From an uncultured Dehalococcoidia bacterium (GTDB lineage Bacteria; Chloroflexota; Dehalococcoidia; SZUA-161; SpSt-899): 59,979 nucleotides of DNA. Of this stretch, positions 27,601-35,827 are shown piece after piece. The notes under the pieces were generated by a model, which was given only the letters and a program-made list of their open reading frames with translations, searched no databases and was not told the origin of the DNA. The stretch covers positions 1 to 59,979 of the forward strand of contig CAZWIP010000001.1 of assembly GCA_964634125.1 (NCBI GenBank). The letters run 5' to 3'. The position numbers were made by a program, and so were the translations under genes. Numbering within the stretch: the stretch's first letter is position 1; every line of letters starts with the position of its first letter.

Positions 27601-28039
27601 AAAGGTACCTGATCATGATCTGCCAGCTGTCGATTTACCTATCACCGCTTACATTCCGGAAGACTATGTGACCGATCTGAATGTCCGACTCGCTCTTTAC
27701 CAACGTCTAGCTAAGCTCGATTCACCCGATCAAACCAAGGAAATACTTTTAGAGCTCGAAGATCGTTTCGGTGAAGTTCCTTCGGTTATCAAAAACCTTT
27801 TGTATGTTATCAGGATCAAACTCATCGCCGCTCAGGCAAATATACAAAGAATTCTCACCGAAGATAAACGAATTTCCATAGTTATAGGAAATTCAGACAT
27901 ACTAGATAGAACAGCTCTGCAAAACAGTTTTGGAAGCAAGATTAAAGTGGGTACAACACGTATAAGGATAGATACTAGAAAGCTGGGGAAACAATGGCCC
28001 CGAGTACTCGGAGATGTATTGAGGAAGATAGCCGGATAG
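24602..28039 (+). CDS. mfd: transcription-repair coupling factor Mfd
   Basis: A CarD-like block (DYVVHVDHGIGRF), helicase motifs GDVGYGKTEVA and DEEQKFG, and a length of 1145 aa. The start is uncertain, either GTG 24602 or ATG 24614. Confidence 0.95.
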   Translation: MSIKMNLSGLLPLINDRPNYQDIIQNLLENRGKVSIIDTAKPLFLAGLSHNLNLSMLVITPNIQRAKVLCDELVTWCNPKHPVLLFPEFNVLPYERLTPDSLTVQQRLRVMATLCQPKQVPPLIVASAHALSHKTISATDFTAVCLVVKIGMRVDMSKLVAHCMDIGYETSEVVETPGTISKRGGIVDIFSPNNDNPARIEFFGDEIESIRWFDPITQRSTELSESLTIVTAREMLLPPKDQLERILTDLDLSHCSNQARDLMYEDIDLLLNGQWRDGLGFYAPTLNNFTLLDYLPQQALIILDDPESIVNELEDLDSQANGLRQGQIERGELPGNFPIPYFGWPEIEEKLLQCKQQILLEKWGDASTSSLFDFGIPTSYSGQFPRFFEDTKAHLKNSKRIIIVSLQAERLSELLEEQDILASPVFKINQLPPTASLTLVHGSLSGGWNLNETILLTDSELFGFAKKRRVAPKHRAQHEVFLADLNINDYVVHVDHGIGRFIGLTNMVTDGIKREYMILEYADDGKLYVPTDQADRVSRYVGSGGYAPSLSKLNTQEWARTKQKVKQAAVEMAQELLIIYASREVSTGISFSPDSIWEHELAASFPYEETDDQIQTIWDVKQDMESARPMDRLVCGDVGYGKTEVAIRAAFKAVNSGMQVAVLVPTTVLAQQHFSTFTERLGAFPATIEVLSRFRSPKEQQDIIERLAKGSVDVCIGTHRLIQKDVVFKNLGLVIIDEEQKFGVGHKERLKKLRSEVDVLTLSATPIPRSLHMSLVGVRDMSTIETAPEERIPIKTYVSEYNSELIREAILRELDRNGQIFFVHNRVQSINYVANQLRDLVPEATFSVGHGQMPEEKLESVMLDFTSGKTNVLVCTTIIESGLDMPSANTLIINQSDKLGLTQLYHLRGRVGRGDVRAYAYLLYDKGKRLTEPAQKRLRTIFEATELGAGFRIAMKDLEIRGAGNILGPEQSGHVGAVGFDLYCRLLAGAVEELKSGDGRKVPDHDLPAVDLPITAYIPEDYVTDLNVRLALYQRLAKLDSPDQTKEILLELEDRFGEVPSVIKNLLYVIRIKLIAAQANIQRILTEDKRISIVIGNSDILDRTALQNSFGSKIKVGTTRIRIDTRKLGKQWPRVLGDVLRKIAG

Positions 28040-28040
28040 A

Positions 28041-28098
28041 GTAGGGGTCGACCAATGCGTCGACCCAATTTCGGAACGACACACCGGTCGTCCCCTAC
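28041..28098. terminator. compound GC-rich hairpin between convergent mfd and ilvE
   Basis: The outer stem GTAGGGG (28041-28047) pairs with CCCCTAC (28092-28098). It encloses GGTCGAC-CAATGC-GTCGACC and a second, shorter hairpin. Confidence 0.5.
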
Positions 28099-28105
28099 AT
28101 TCATT

Positions 28106-29020
28106 CTAAATGAAGTCTAACCAGTGGTGATATTTTTCATCTCTACCATTGACAACATCGAAGAACTTGGCTTGAATCTTGGCCGTTAACTCACCCCGAC
28201 CATTGTTTCCAATGGGTCTTCCGTCCACTTCCCGGATCGGTGTCACTTCGGCTGCTGTACCGGTAAAGAATGCTTCATCAGCCAGGAAAAGTTCCTCGCG
28301 GAGTATATCTCTGGTTTCAACCGGGATACCCAGGTCTCGAGCAATGGTCATCGCCGAATCTCTGGTAATTCCCGGAAGGGCCCCGGCACTGGGTGGGGGA
28401 GTGATCACGGTTCCATCCTTTATAAGAAATAGATTCTCACCACTACCTTCGCAAAGCATGCCATGAGAATTAAGCATGATGGCTTCATCGAAACCACTAT
28501 CGAGCGCCTCAAGTTTGGCCAATACTGAATTAGCATAATTTGCAGTAGCTTTAGCATGAGTAGGCAATGATCGCGAATCAATGCGCTGCCAAGAGGACAT
28601 CATCACACGAATACCATTCTCGATCCCATCTTCTCCGAGATACGCTCCCCACTTCCATACAACGATAGAAACATCAACCTTGTTTTTACGAGGATTAACG
28701 CCCATCTCACCGTAGCCATAAAAAGCAATAGGCCGGATATAGCATGCTTTAAGCTCATTTACCTTCACGGTTTCTTTCGCAGCAGCGCACAAATCGTCAA
28801 CAGAATACGGCATGGGCATCTGATAAATCTTGGCGCTATTGAGCAGCCTTTGCATGTGCTCTCTCAATCGGAAGATCGCTGGCCCTTTCACGGTATCGTA
28901 GCATTTAATACCCTCAAAAACTCCTGTGCCGTAATGAAGCCCATGTGTTAGAACATGTACTTTTGCCTCATCCCACGGGACGAATTCTCCATTGAGCCAG
29001 ATTTTTTCTGATTTTTCCAT
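28106..29020 (-). CDS. ilvE: branched-chain amino acid aminotransferase
   Basis: Class IV aminotransferase blocks HYGTGVFEGIK and EGSGENLF are present. I chose ATG 29020, preceded by GAGGAAAG. The longer ORF to 29110 would overlap the neighbouring gene. Confidence 0.9.
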   Translation of the reverse strand: MEKSEKIWLNGEFVPWDEAKVHVLTHGLHYGTGVFEGIKCYDTVKGPAIFRLREHMQRLLNSAKIYQMPMPYSVDDLCAAAKETVKVNELKACYIRPIAFYGYGEMGVNPRKNKVDVSIVVWKWGAYLGEDGIENGIRVMMSSWQRIDSRSLPTHAKATANYANSVLAKLEALDSGFDEAIMLNSHGMLCEGSGENLFLIKDGTVITPPPSAGALPGITRDSAMTIARDLGIPVETRDILREELFLADEAFFTGTAAEVTPIREVDGRPIGNNGRGELTAKIQAKFFDVVNGRDEKYHHWLDFI

Positions 29021-29064
29021 GATTCTTTCCTCAAGAGTTACTAATATGTAAAACGTTAAAAACC

Positions 29065-29760
29065 TTAAACATGTTCCAGGATTTCCATCAGGTTTCCAAT
29101 ACGCTGACAATCTACATGATCATCAAATACCCCATCCCGGTCTAACCACAAAGGCTTAATTCCTGCTCCCAGTGCTCCTGCAATATCTGAATGAAACTGG
29201 TCCCCCACCATAATTACTTCAGAAGCTTCAGCATTCGCGTGTTTCAGAGCAACTCCGAATATCTCTGGATGAGGCTTTTCGAATCCTACTTCATGAGATA
29301 CACAAACAAAATCCAAATGAGAAGCCAAATCAAAATCAGGACAGAATTTTTCCAGGGTCATATCCAAATTGGATACCAGCCCTACGACGATTCCTCGATT
29401 GCGCAGTTCAGCAAGTGCTGGGACCGTATCATCGAACGGTACAACTCCCTCCGTATTTAACCTCAACAGCTCCAGTAACTTAGCGGCTTGCTCGCGGGAA
29501 ACTTCAACTCCGGCTTCGCGAAGCCATGTTCGTTCAAATTCAATGAATACTTCGATCTTATCTTCCGGTGATCGTTGCTCGATTGGCGATCGGGCAGCCT
29601 CCCGACTGAAGTAATCATTCGCGGCCCAGAATCCTCGGCGCAGATCCTGCTTCGGAACTTCTATATCATACTGCTTCAGTGCCCGTTGCTGCCGCTCTTC
29701 GGGCCACGGATCATGACGAACGAGGGTATTCACCAAATCAAAGAAGACTGCTTTGTACAT
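29065..29760 (-). CDS. HAD superfamily hydrolase
   Basis: Motif I reads AVFFDLVNTL, and motif IV reads MVGDQFHSDIAGA. I placed the start at ATG 29760. Confidence 0.8.
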   Translation of the reverse strand: MYKAVFFDLVNTLVRHDPWPEERQQRALKQYDIEVPKQDLRRGFWAANDYFSREAARSPIEQRSPEDKIEVFIEFERTWLREAGVEVSREQAAKLLELLRLNTEGVVPFDDTVPALAELRNRGIVVGLVSNLDMTLEKFCPDFDLASHLDFVCVSHEVGFEKPHPEIFGVALKHANAEASEVIMVGDQFHSDIAGALGAGIKPLWLDRDGVFDDHVDCQRIGNLMEILEHV

Positions 29761-29852
29761 GAGCCAAGTGGATTTTATTATATCATAAATTTGCAAAAGG
29801 ATTGGAATCCGCTATAATTAAATCCGCCCGTTCACGGGAAGTTAATTCACAC

Positions 29853-31217
29853 ATGAAAAAATATCTAAGAATTATCTTTCTACTCCCCATATTTCTATAT
29901 GCTTTTGCTATCGGAATTGTCGATGCCGATTCCCCGGAAGTTCATGTGCTTGACGTCGATGGGACTATCGTTCCAGTAATTGCAGATTATATCGATCGTG
30001 GCATCACCAAGGCTGAAAAAGAAGGTGCTGCTGTTGTCGTGATAAAGTTAAAGACCCCCGGCGGAATGCTCACCACGACCGAAGATATCGTGGATAGAAT
30101 CCTCGAATCGGAAGTTCCAGTGGTTGTCTATGTCGATCGTTGGGCAGGATCGGCGGGCACCTTTATTACCATGGCAGGGCACGTAGCAGCTATGGCCCCG
30201 GCCAGCCGCATCGGAGCCGCCAGCCCAATATCCGGTAGCGGTGAGGAACTTTCAGAGACCCTTCAAGATAAACTCAAAGAAGACACTGCTGCTAACATAC
30301 GAAGTCTTGCCGATCTCAGAGGCCGTAACCAGAAAGCCGCAGAGGCAACCGTGGTGAATGCGCTCTCATTTACCGACCAAGAAGCCCTGGGACTGGCACC
30401 AATTCCAGAGTCTCATCAGGAGGTTCTAGGTATCGAAGACCCTATCCTTGATCCTCCTCTAGTTGATCTGGGAGCTGAAGACCTCGAAGATCTGCTCGAA
30501 AAAATCGATGGTATACAAGTGGAAATCGATGGCGAAATAGTCACTATCCACACTAAAGGCTACACTATTCACGAAACCAAAATGAACTGGATCGAGCGTT
30601 TTATTCACGCCATCAGTGATCCCAATATTGCTTACATTCTCCTTAGTATCGGTTCGTTAGGAATCCTTATAGAACTATACAGTCCCGGCACAATCATTCC
30701 GGGTGTAACCGGTGCTATTTGCCTTCTAATGGCCTTTTACTCACTTTCAGTACTGAATGCCCACTGGGCTGGAGTTATACTCATTCTGCTGGGATTTGCT
30801 TTATTTGTGGCTGAGTTGTTCACAATCAGCTTTGGAGTACTGACAGCAGGAGGAATAGCATCCCTCGTAGCCGGTTCCTTGATTCTATTTTCCGGAGGGT
30901 CTTCGATGGAGAACATGGGTATCGATTGGTGGGTAATCGCCATTGTTGTAACTTGTGTTGTGGTGTTCTTTGTTTTTGTAATCCAGGCAATCGTGCGTGT
31001 ACAAAGGCGAAAGCAGCCAACCGGCGCTGATGGACTCATCGGCATGGTGGCGCAGGTGAAAACGCCACTCAATCCCAGGGGAACTGTTTTCGTTCATGGT
31101 GAACTGTGGGATGCCACTATTGATGAAGGACAAGCCAATCCTCAAGAGGAGGTGAGAGTAACGAAAGTTAACGGTTTGAAACTCCGGGTAACCAAGAAAC
31201 ATAATGGAGGTGACTGA
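29853..31217 (+). CDS. NfeD-family membrane-bound ClpP-class protease
   Basis: It has an N-terminal signal or TM segment (MKKYLRIIFLLPIFLYAFA), a ClpP-like domain, a multi-TM middle section and a C-terminal NfeD OB domain. It directly precedes an SPFH gene (TGAATG junction). Confidence 0.85.
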   Translation: MKKYLRIIFLLPIFLYAFAIGIVDADSPEVHVLDVDGTIVPVIADYIDRGITKAEKEGAAVVVIKLKTPGGMLTTTEDIVDRILESEVPVVVYVDRWAGSAGTFITMAGHVAAMAPASRIGAASPISGSGEELSETLQDKLKEDTAANIRSLADLRGRNQKAAEATVVNALSFTDQEALGLAPIPESHQEVLGIEDPILDPPLVDLGAEDLEDLLEKIDGIQVEIDGEIVTIHTKGYTIHETKMNWIERFIHAISDPNIAYILLSIGSLGILIELYSPGTIIPGVTGAICLLMAFYSLSVLNAHWAGVILILLGFALFVAELFTISFGVLTAGGIASLVAGSLILFSGGSSMENMGIDWWVIAIVVTCVVVFFVFVIQAIVRVQRRKQPTGADGLIGMVAQVKTPLNPRGTVFVHGELWDATIDEGQANPQEEVRVTKVNGLKLRVTKKHNGGD

Positions 31218-31970
31218 ATGGCAATAGGAATTGGCATAGCAGTATTATTGATAGTTTTTATACTCTCATCCGCAATCAAGATCGTGCAGCAGTACGAATT
31301 GGGCGTGGTTTTTCGTCTGGGGAGACTGGTGGGTACAAGAAAGCCCGGAATCACGTTAATCATCCCTTTCATCGATAGGATTAAAAAGATGGATACTCGT
31401 GTCATGACAATAGACGTTCCCTCTCAGGAAGTCCTCACTAAAGATAATGTAACCGCACGGGTTAATGCCGTTGTATTCCTTCGGGTACTTGATGCCGAAC
31501 GTGCAGTTATTGAAGTATTCGATTTCAAACTTGCGACCTACCAGATGGCCCAGACTACTCTGCGCAGCGTGCTAGGCCAGCATCAACTCGATGAATTGCT
31601 TTCTGAACGTGATCGGATAAACCAGGTGTTAAGAGAGCTTATCGATGAAGCCACCGATCCATGGGGTGTCAAAGTAAGTTCAGTGGAAGTAAAGGACGTC
31701 GAACTTCCAGATACCATGAAGCGTTCAATGGCAGCTCAGGCTGAAGCCGAACGAGAAAGAAGGGCAAAGGTCATTCATGCCGAAGGTGAATTTCAGGCTG
31801 CTCAAAAACTTCTCGATGCAAGCAGATTAATCAGTCAGGATCCGGCAGCTTTGCAGTTACGCTATCTCCAGACATTAACAGAAATTGCAACCGAAAAGAC
31901 TAATACTCTGGTTTTCCCTTTACCAATGGACCTTATTAAGGCTTTCACCCCAAATAAGACAGATACCTAA
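31218..31970 (+). CDS. SPFH/band 7 (stomatin-like) protein
   Basis: An N-terminal TM segment is followed by the SPFH core (QQYELGVVFRLGR...TKDNV...). The NfeD-SPFH gene pairing is canonical. Confidence 0.9.
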   Translation: MAIGIGIAVLLIVFILSSAIKIVQQYELGVVFRLGRLVGTRKPGITLIIPFIDRIKKMDTRVMTIDVPSQEVLTKDNVTARVNAVVFLRVLDAERAVIEVFDFKLATYQMAQTTLRSVLGQHQLDELLSERDRINQVLRELIDEATDPWGVKVSSVEVKDVELPDTMKRSMAAQAEAERERRAKVIHAEGEFQAAQKLLDASRLISQDPAALQLRYLQTLTEIATEKTNTLVFPLPMDLIKAFTPNKTDT

Positions 31971-32093
31971 AAATCGTCCGGACAACAACGAACAGACGAT
32001 CGCTTACCAAAATACGGTGCGCGCTGCCTCCGTTCGGGACTGTAACCTGACGGATACAACTTTTTTTGTGGGCATTTCAAAGCTGCTTATAAA

Positions 32094-32152
32094 TTGACAG
32101 TAAGGGAACGGATTTGTTATATTTACACCGGTTGGGCAAAAATTTTTTGCCC
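32094..32152 (+). promoter_or_regulatory. promoter candidate plus 19-bp palindrome upstream of 32210 operon
   Basis: TTGACA (32094-32099), an 18-nt spacer, then TATATT (32118-32123). The palindrome GGGCAAAAATTTTTTGCCC follows at 32134-32152. Confidence 0.4.
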
Positions 32153-32209
32153 GGAATCGGGTTAATTATTCTACACACGTAATTTATTAAGGTTTAAGGA
32201 GGAAGAAAA

Positions 32210-33646
32210 GTGGCAGGTATAACCTCGTATGGTGCTTATGTTCCGTACTATCGGCTGAGCCGCGCTGAGATCGCCCGGGCATGGGATGGATATCCCGGAG
32301 ATGGCGGACGGGCAGTAGCCAATTGGGATGAAGACACCATCACCATGGCCGTTGAGGCTGTTATCGACTGTTTGAGAGGCTTCAAGCGAAATACAGTGGA
32401 CGGACTTCTGTTCGTCACCACCACCCCAGCATTTATGGAGAAATCCAGTGCTGCCGTAATTGCTAAAGCAACCGATCTGAATAACGATCTGTTTTCTATC
32501 GACTGCGGCGGTAGCTTAAGAGCTGGAACTTCAGCACTTAAACTTGCGCTTGATATGGTTAAAGCAGGATCACAGAAAAATGTAGTTGTTGCTGCTGCTG
32601 ATTGTCGCCTCGCTCCCCCGAATTCCGGGGCGGAGAGTGATTTCGGAGATGGCGCTGCTGCTCTGATGATTGGTGATAAAAATGTCGCTGTTGAAGTAGA
32701 TGGCATCTATTCCTTTACCGATGAATTCACCGATCGCTGGAGAAGGACTGATGACCAGTTCGTTAAATCCTGGGAAGAGCGCTTCGTTAACACTCAGGGT
32801 TATAACAGGCTTCTCACTGACACCGTTGGCAACGCACTGAAAGCATTCAAGCTAAAACCCGAAAGCGTCAGCAAGCTTATTTTCCCTGCTCACGCCAAGA
32901 CTCCGCATACGCGTGCAACCTGGGTCAAGGCTTGCGGTTTCAAGACAGCCCAAGTTCAGGATCCGTTATTCGACGAAATGGGCAACACTGGCTGTGCTTT
33001 CCCGCTACAGTTGCTTGTTTCTGCACTTGAAGATGCAAAGGCTGGAGACAGAATTCTTCTGGTCAGTTACGCCGATGGCGGTGACGTTTTCAGCCTCCGC
33101 GTGACTGCAGAAATTGAGAAGATCAAGAAGGGTCGCCGAGGCATGAAGGATCACTTGGCTTCCCAAAAAGAACTGACAAACTACGGCCGATATCTACTCT
33201 TCCGGGGTTTGGTATCAAAAGAATATGAATCAGCGGCTCCGACACCGTACGCATCGCTACCACGTGAATGGCGTGAGCGCAGTAGTATCATGTCGCTTCA
33301 TGGCAGTAAATGTAAAAAGTGTGGTGAAGTACAATTCCCGGTCGAGCGAGTTTGTCCCAAGTGTCTTTCCAAAGATGAATTCACCGAGGTCAGCTTAGCC
33401 CAGACACCAGCTGAGATCTATACCTATAATCTGGACTACGCTACGCCTACATCGGATCCGCCAAACAGCATGTGCCAGGTGGACTTCAAAGGTGGGGGAC
33501 GAATCCAGTGCATCATGGCAGACAGGGACCCCAACGAGGTGGAAATAGGCATGCCGGTTGAGATGACTTTCAGACGGTTCCACGAAGAGAAGGATATCGT
33601 TCACTATTATTGGAAAGCTCGACCCCCAAGGGAGCCCAAAAAGTAA
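32210..33646 (+). CDS. HMG-CoA synthase-like domain fused to DUF35 domain (paralog of 20135-21556)
   Basis: A GTG start follows AAGGAGGAAG. The N-terminus reads GITSYGAYVPYYRLSRAEIA. The C-terminus carries CKKCGEVQFPVERVCPKC (Cys4 ribbon) followed by an OB-fold. Confidence 0.85.
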   Translation: MAGITSYGAYVPYYRLSRAEIARAWDGYPGDGGRAVANWDEDTITMAVEAVIDCLRGFKRNTVDGLLFVTTTPAFMEKSSAAVIAKATDLNNDLFSIDCGGSLRAGTSALKLALDMVKAGSQKNVVVAAADCRLAPPNSGAESDFGDGAAALMIGDKNVAVEVDGIYSFTDEFTDRWRRTDDQFVKSWEERFVNTQGYNRLLTDTVGNALKAFKLKPESVSKLIFPAHAKTPHTRATWVKACGFKTAQVQDPLFDEMGNTGCAFPLQLLVSALEDAKAGDRILLVSYADGGDVFSLRVTAEIEKIKKGRRGMKDHLASQKELTNYGRYLLFRGLVSKEYESAAPTPYASLPREWRERSSIMSLHGSKCKKCGEVQFPVERVCPKCLSKDEFTEVSLAQTPAEIYTYNLDYATPTSDPPNSMCQVDFKGGGRIQCIMADRDPNEVEIGMPVEMTFRRFHEEKDIVHYYWKARPPREPKK

Positions 33647-33683
33647 GGCCCAAGAGGCACTTAAAGAGGAGGTTATAGAACAC

Positions 33684-34886
33684 ATGGCAGAAGGAACTAT
33701 TAAAGATAAAGTAGCCATAGTCGGCATGGGTTTGACCCGATTCGGTGAACTGTGGACCAAGAGCGATGCCGATGTAATCATTGAAGCTGCCTGGGAAGCT
33801 TATGAAGATGCGGGCATCGAGCCCAATGCAGTGGATGCGGCCTTTGTGGGCACTATTTTCAGTGGTGTCACAGCAGGTTGTTTGAGTGAGCCGCTTAAAA
33901 TGGATTTGAAGCCGGTCACCAGGGTAGAAAACAATTGCGGGTCGGGTTCAGAGGCACTCAGGCTCGGCGCGCTTTCAATCGCCGCCGGCATGTACGATAC
34001 TGTATTGGTCTTAGGGTTTGAGAAATGTAAGGACTGCGGTTTCAATGTCCTCCCTACTCCACAGCCCGATAGCTTGCACCCGGTCTACAATACCAGGCTG
34101 ACAGGTCCCGGCGCCTATGCAATGGCCACCATTAATTACTGGCATAAATACGGTATTGACCCGATCGAAGGCAAACGCACCCTGGCCAAGATCGCGGTGA
34201 AAAACCATCACAACGGTTCTATGCATCCCAAGGCTCATCTTCAACGAGAGCTGAGCATGGAAGCAGTGATGATGTCGCCCCCGATCGTTTATCCGCTGGG
34301 TCTTTTTGATTGCTGTCCCACCACTGATGGTGCAGCTGCTGCAATACTGACGAAAGCCAGTTTAGCCAAGAATTTCCGCGATGATTATGTTCTGATTAAA
34401 GGTCTGGGTGTATCCGTTACCCGTATAAATCCGTGGAACGGCAAGTGCAAATCTGATGTAGACGCGACCTTCTGGACAGAAACGGCTGTTGCTTGCGATC
34501 AAGTAAAGGCTCAGACCGGCGTCAAGGATTTCAATAAAGAAGTTCAACTTGTTGAGTTGCACGACTGCTTCACCATTACTGAACAGATTGCTTATGAATC
34601 CCTGGGAATTTGCAAGAAGGGTGAAGGCACGGAGGCGGTCAACGATGGACGATTCCTGCTTGATGGCAAACTGCCGGTTAACCCTGATGGCGGTTTGAAA
34701 TCCTTTGGTCACCCCATCGGTGCCAGCGGAATCCGCATGGTCTATGAGTGCTACAGACAGATTCAGGGCAGAGCAGAGTCACCCAAACGCCAGTTGAAGG
34801 ATGTCAAGCTAGCTCTGGCACAGTGTCAGGGTGGCGTTCCTGGAACATTCCAGGCTAACGTACAGCTCTTTGGTGCAAGAGACTAG
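33684..34886 (+). CDS. SCP-x-type thiolase
   Basis: VENNCGSG (nucleophile Cys), ELHDCFT and GHPIGASG blocks are present. GAGGAGG precedes the ATG. Confidence 0.9.
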   Translation: MAEGTIKDKVAIVGMGLTRFGELWTKSDADVIIEAAWEAYEDAGIEPNAVDAAFVGTIFSGVTAGCLSEPLKMDLKPVTRVENNCGSGSEALRLGALSIAAGMYDTVLVLGFEKCKDCGFNVLPTPQPDSLHPVYNTRLTGPGAYAMATINYWHKYGIDPIEGKRTLAKIAVKNHHNGSMHPKAHLQRELSMEAVMMSPPIVYPLGLFDCCPTTDGAAAAILTKASLAKNFRDDYVLIKGLGVSVTRINPWNGKCKSDVDATFWTETAVACDQVKAQTGVKDFNKEVQLVELHDCFTITEQIAYESLGICKKGEGTEAVNDGRFLLDGKLPVNPDGGLKSFGHPIGASGIRMVYECYRQIQGRAESPKRQLKDVKLALAQCQGGVPGTFQANVQLFGARD

Positions 34887-34918
34887 GATAAGCAAAGTAC
34901 CGGAAAGGAATAATAATA

Positions 34919-35695
34919 ATGGCATACGAAGATATTCTCTACGAGGTCAAGGATCACGTAGCCAGAATCACGATAAGCAGACCAGAAAAGTATAACGCCT
35001 TCACTCGCTGGACTCTTCATGAGCTAGTACAGGCATTTGTTGAAGCCGGCGATGATCCCACGGTAGGAGTGGTAGTTCTCACCGGAGCAGGAGAGAAGGC
35101 ATTCTGCAGTGGCGGCGATGTTGAATGGGAAGCCAGGGGATTCGGTGGCGGATGGGGGCCAAAAGTTGATATTTTTACCGCTATTGCCACATGTCCAAAA
35201 CCAACAATTGCCCGGGTTAACGGGGTTGCTATAGCAGGCGGAAACGTAATGCAAGTTTGCTGCGATCTGTCCATTGCTGCAGAAAATGCTCGGTTCGGGC
35301 AGGCTGGTCCTAGGGTTGGCAGCTTCAACGCTGCTTTCGGCACCAGCTATCTGGCTCGACTGGTTGGCGAACGCAAGGCCAGAGAGATGTGGTTCCTTTG
35401 CAGGCAGTATAAGGCTCCAGAGGCCCTGGAGATGGGACTTGTCAACACGGTTGTACCAGCCGACCAGCTCGATGCAGAAGTTGACAAATGGTGTGGTGAA
35501 ATCCTGGCACTTTCGCCATCGGCATTAACAGCCTGTAAGAACAGTTTCCTTGAGGAAACCGCTCCTTTCATCGGCCGTGCTCTCTTTGGTGCTCAGTTGA
35601 CGGGATACATTCAGTCGAGTGATGAGGCAAGAGAGGGTCAAATGTCTTTCGTCGAAAAGAGGAAGCCGGACTTCTCCAAATTCAGGCAAAAATAG
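34919..35695 (+). CDS. MenB/BadI-type crotonase (naphthoate synthase / 2-ketocyclohexanecarboxyl-CoA hydrolase family)
   Basis: The recalled family signature blocks are FGQAGPRVGSFNAAFG and AREMWFLCRQY, together with GAGEKAFCSGGD. 258 aa. Confidence 0.8.
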   Translation: MAYEDILYEVKDHVARITISRPEKYNAFTRWTLHELVQAFVEAGDDPTVGVVVLTGAGEKAFCSGGDVEWEARGFGGGWGPKVDIFTAIATCPKPTIARVNGVAIAGGNVMQVCCDLSIAAENARFGQAGPRVGSFNAAFGTSYLARLVGERKAREMWFLCRQYKAPEALEMGLVNTVVPADQLDAEVDKWCGEILALSPSALTACKNSFLEETAPFIGRALFGAQLTGYIQSSDEAREGQMSFVEKRKPDFSKFRQK

Positions 35696-35827
35696 CATTA
35701 AGATTTTTTTTAAGAATAGAAAAGTAACAATAGATAGGGATATTCAGATAGCTCCGGTATGGATGCGCACTGAATATCCCTGTTTAATGTAGAGAGATAC
35801 CTAAAAACCTTTGGGAGAGGATGAGGC

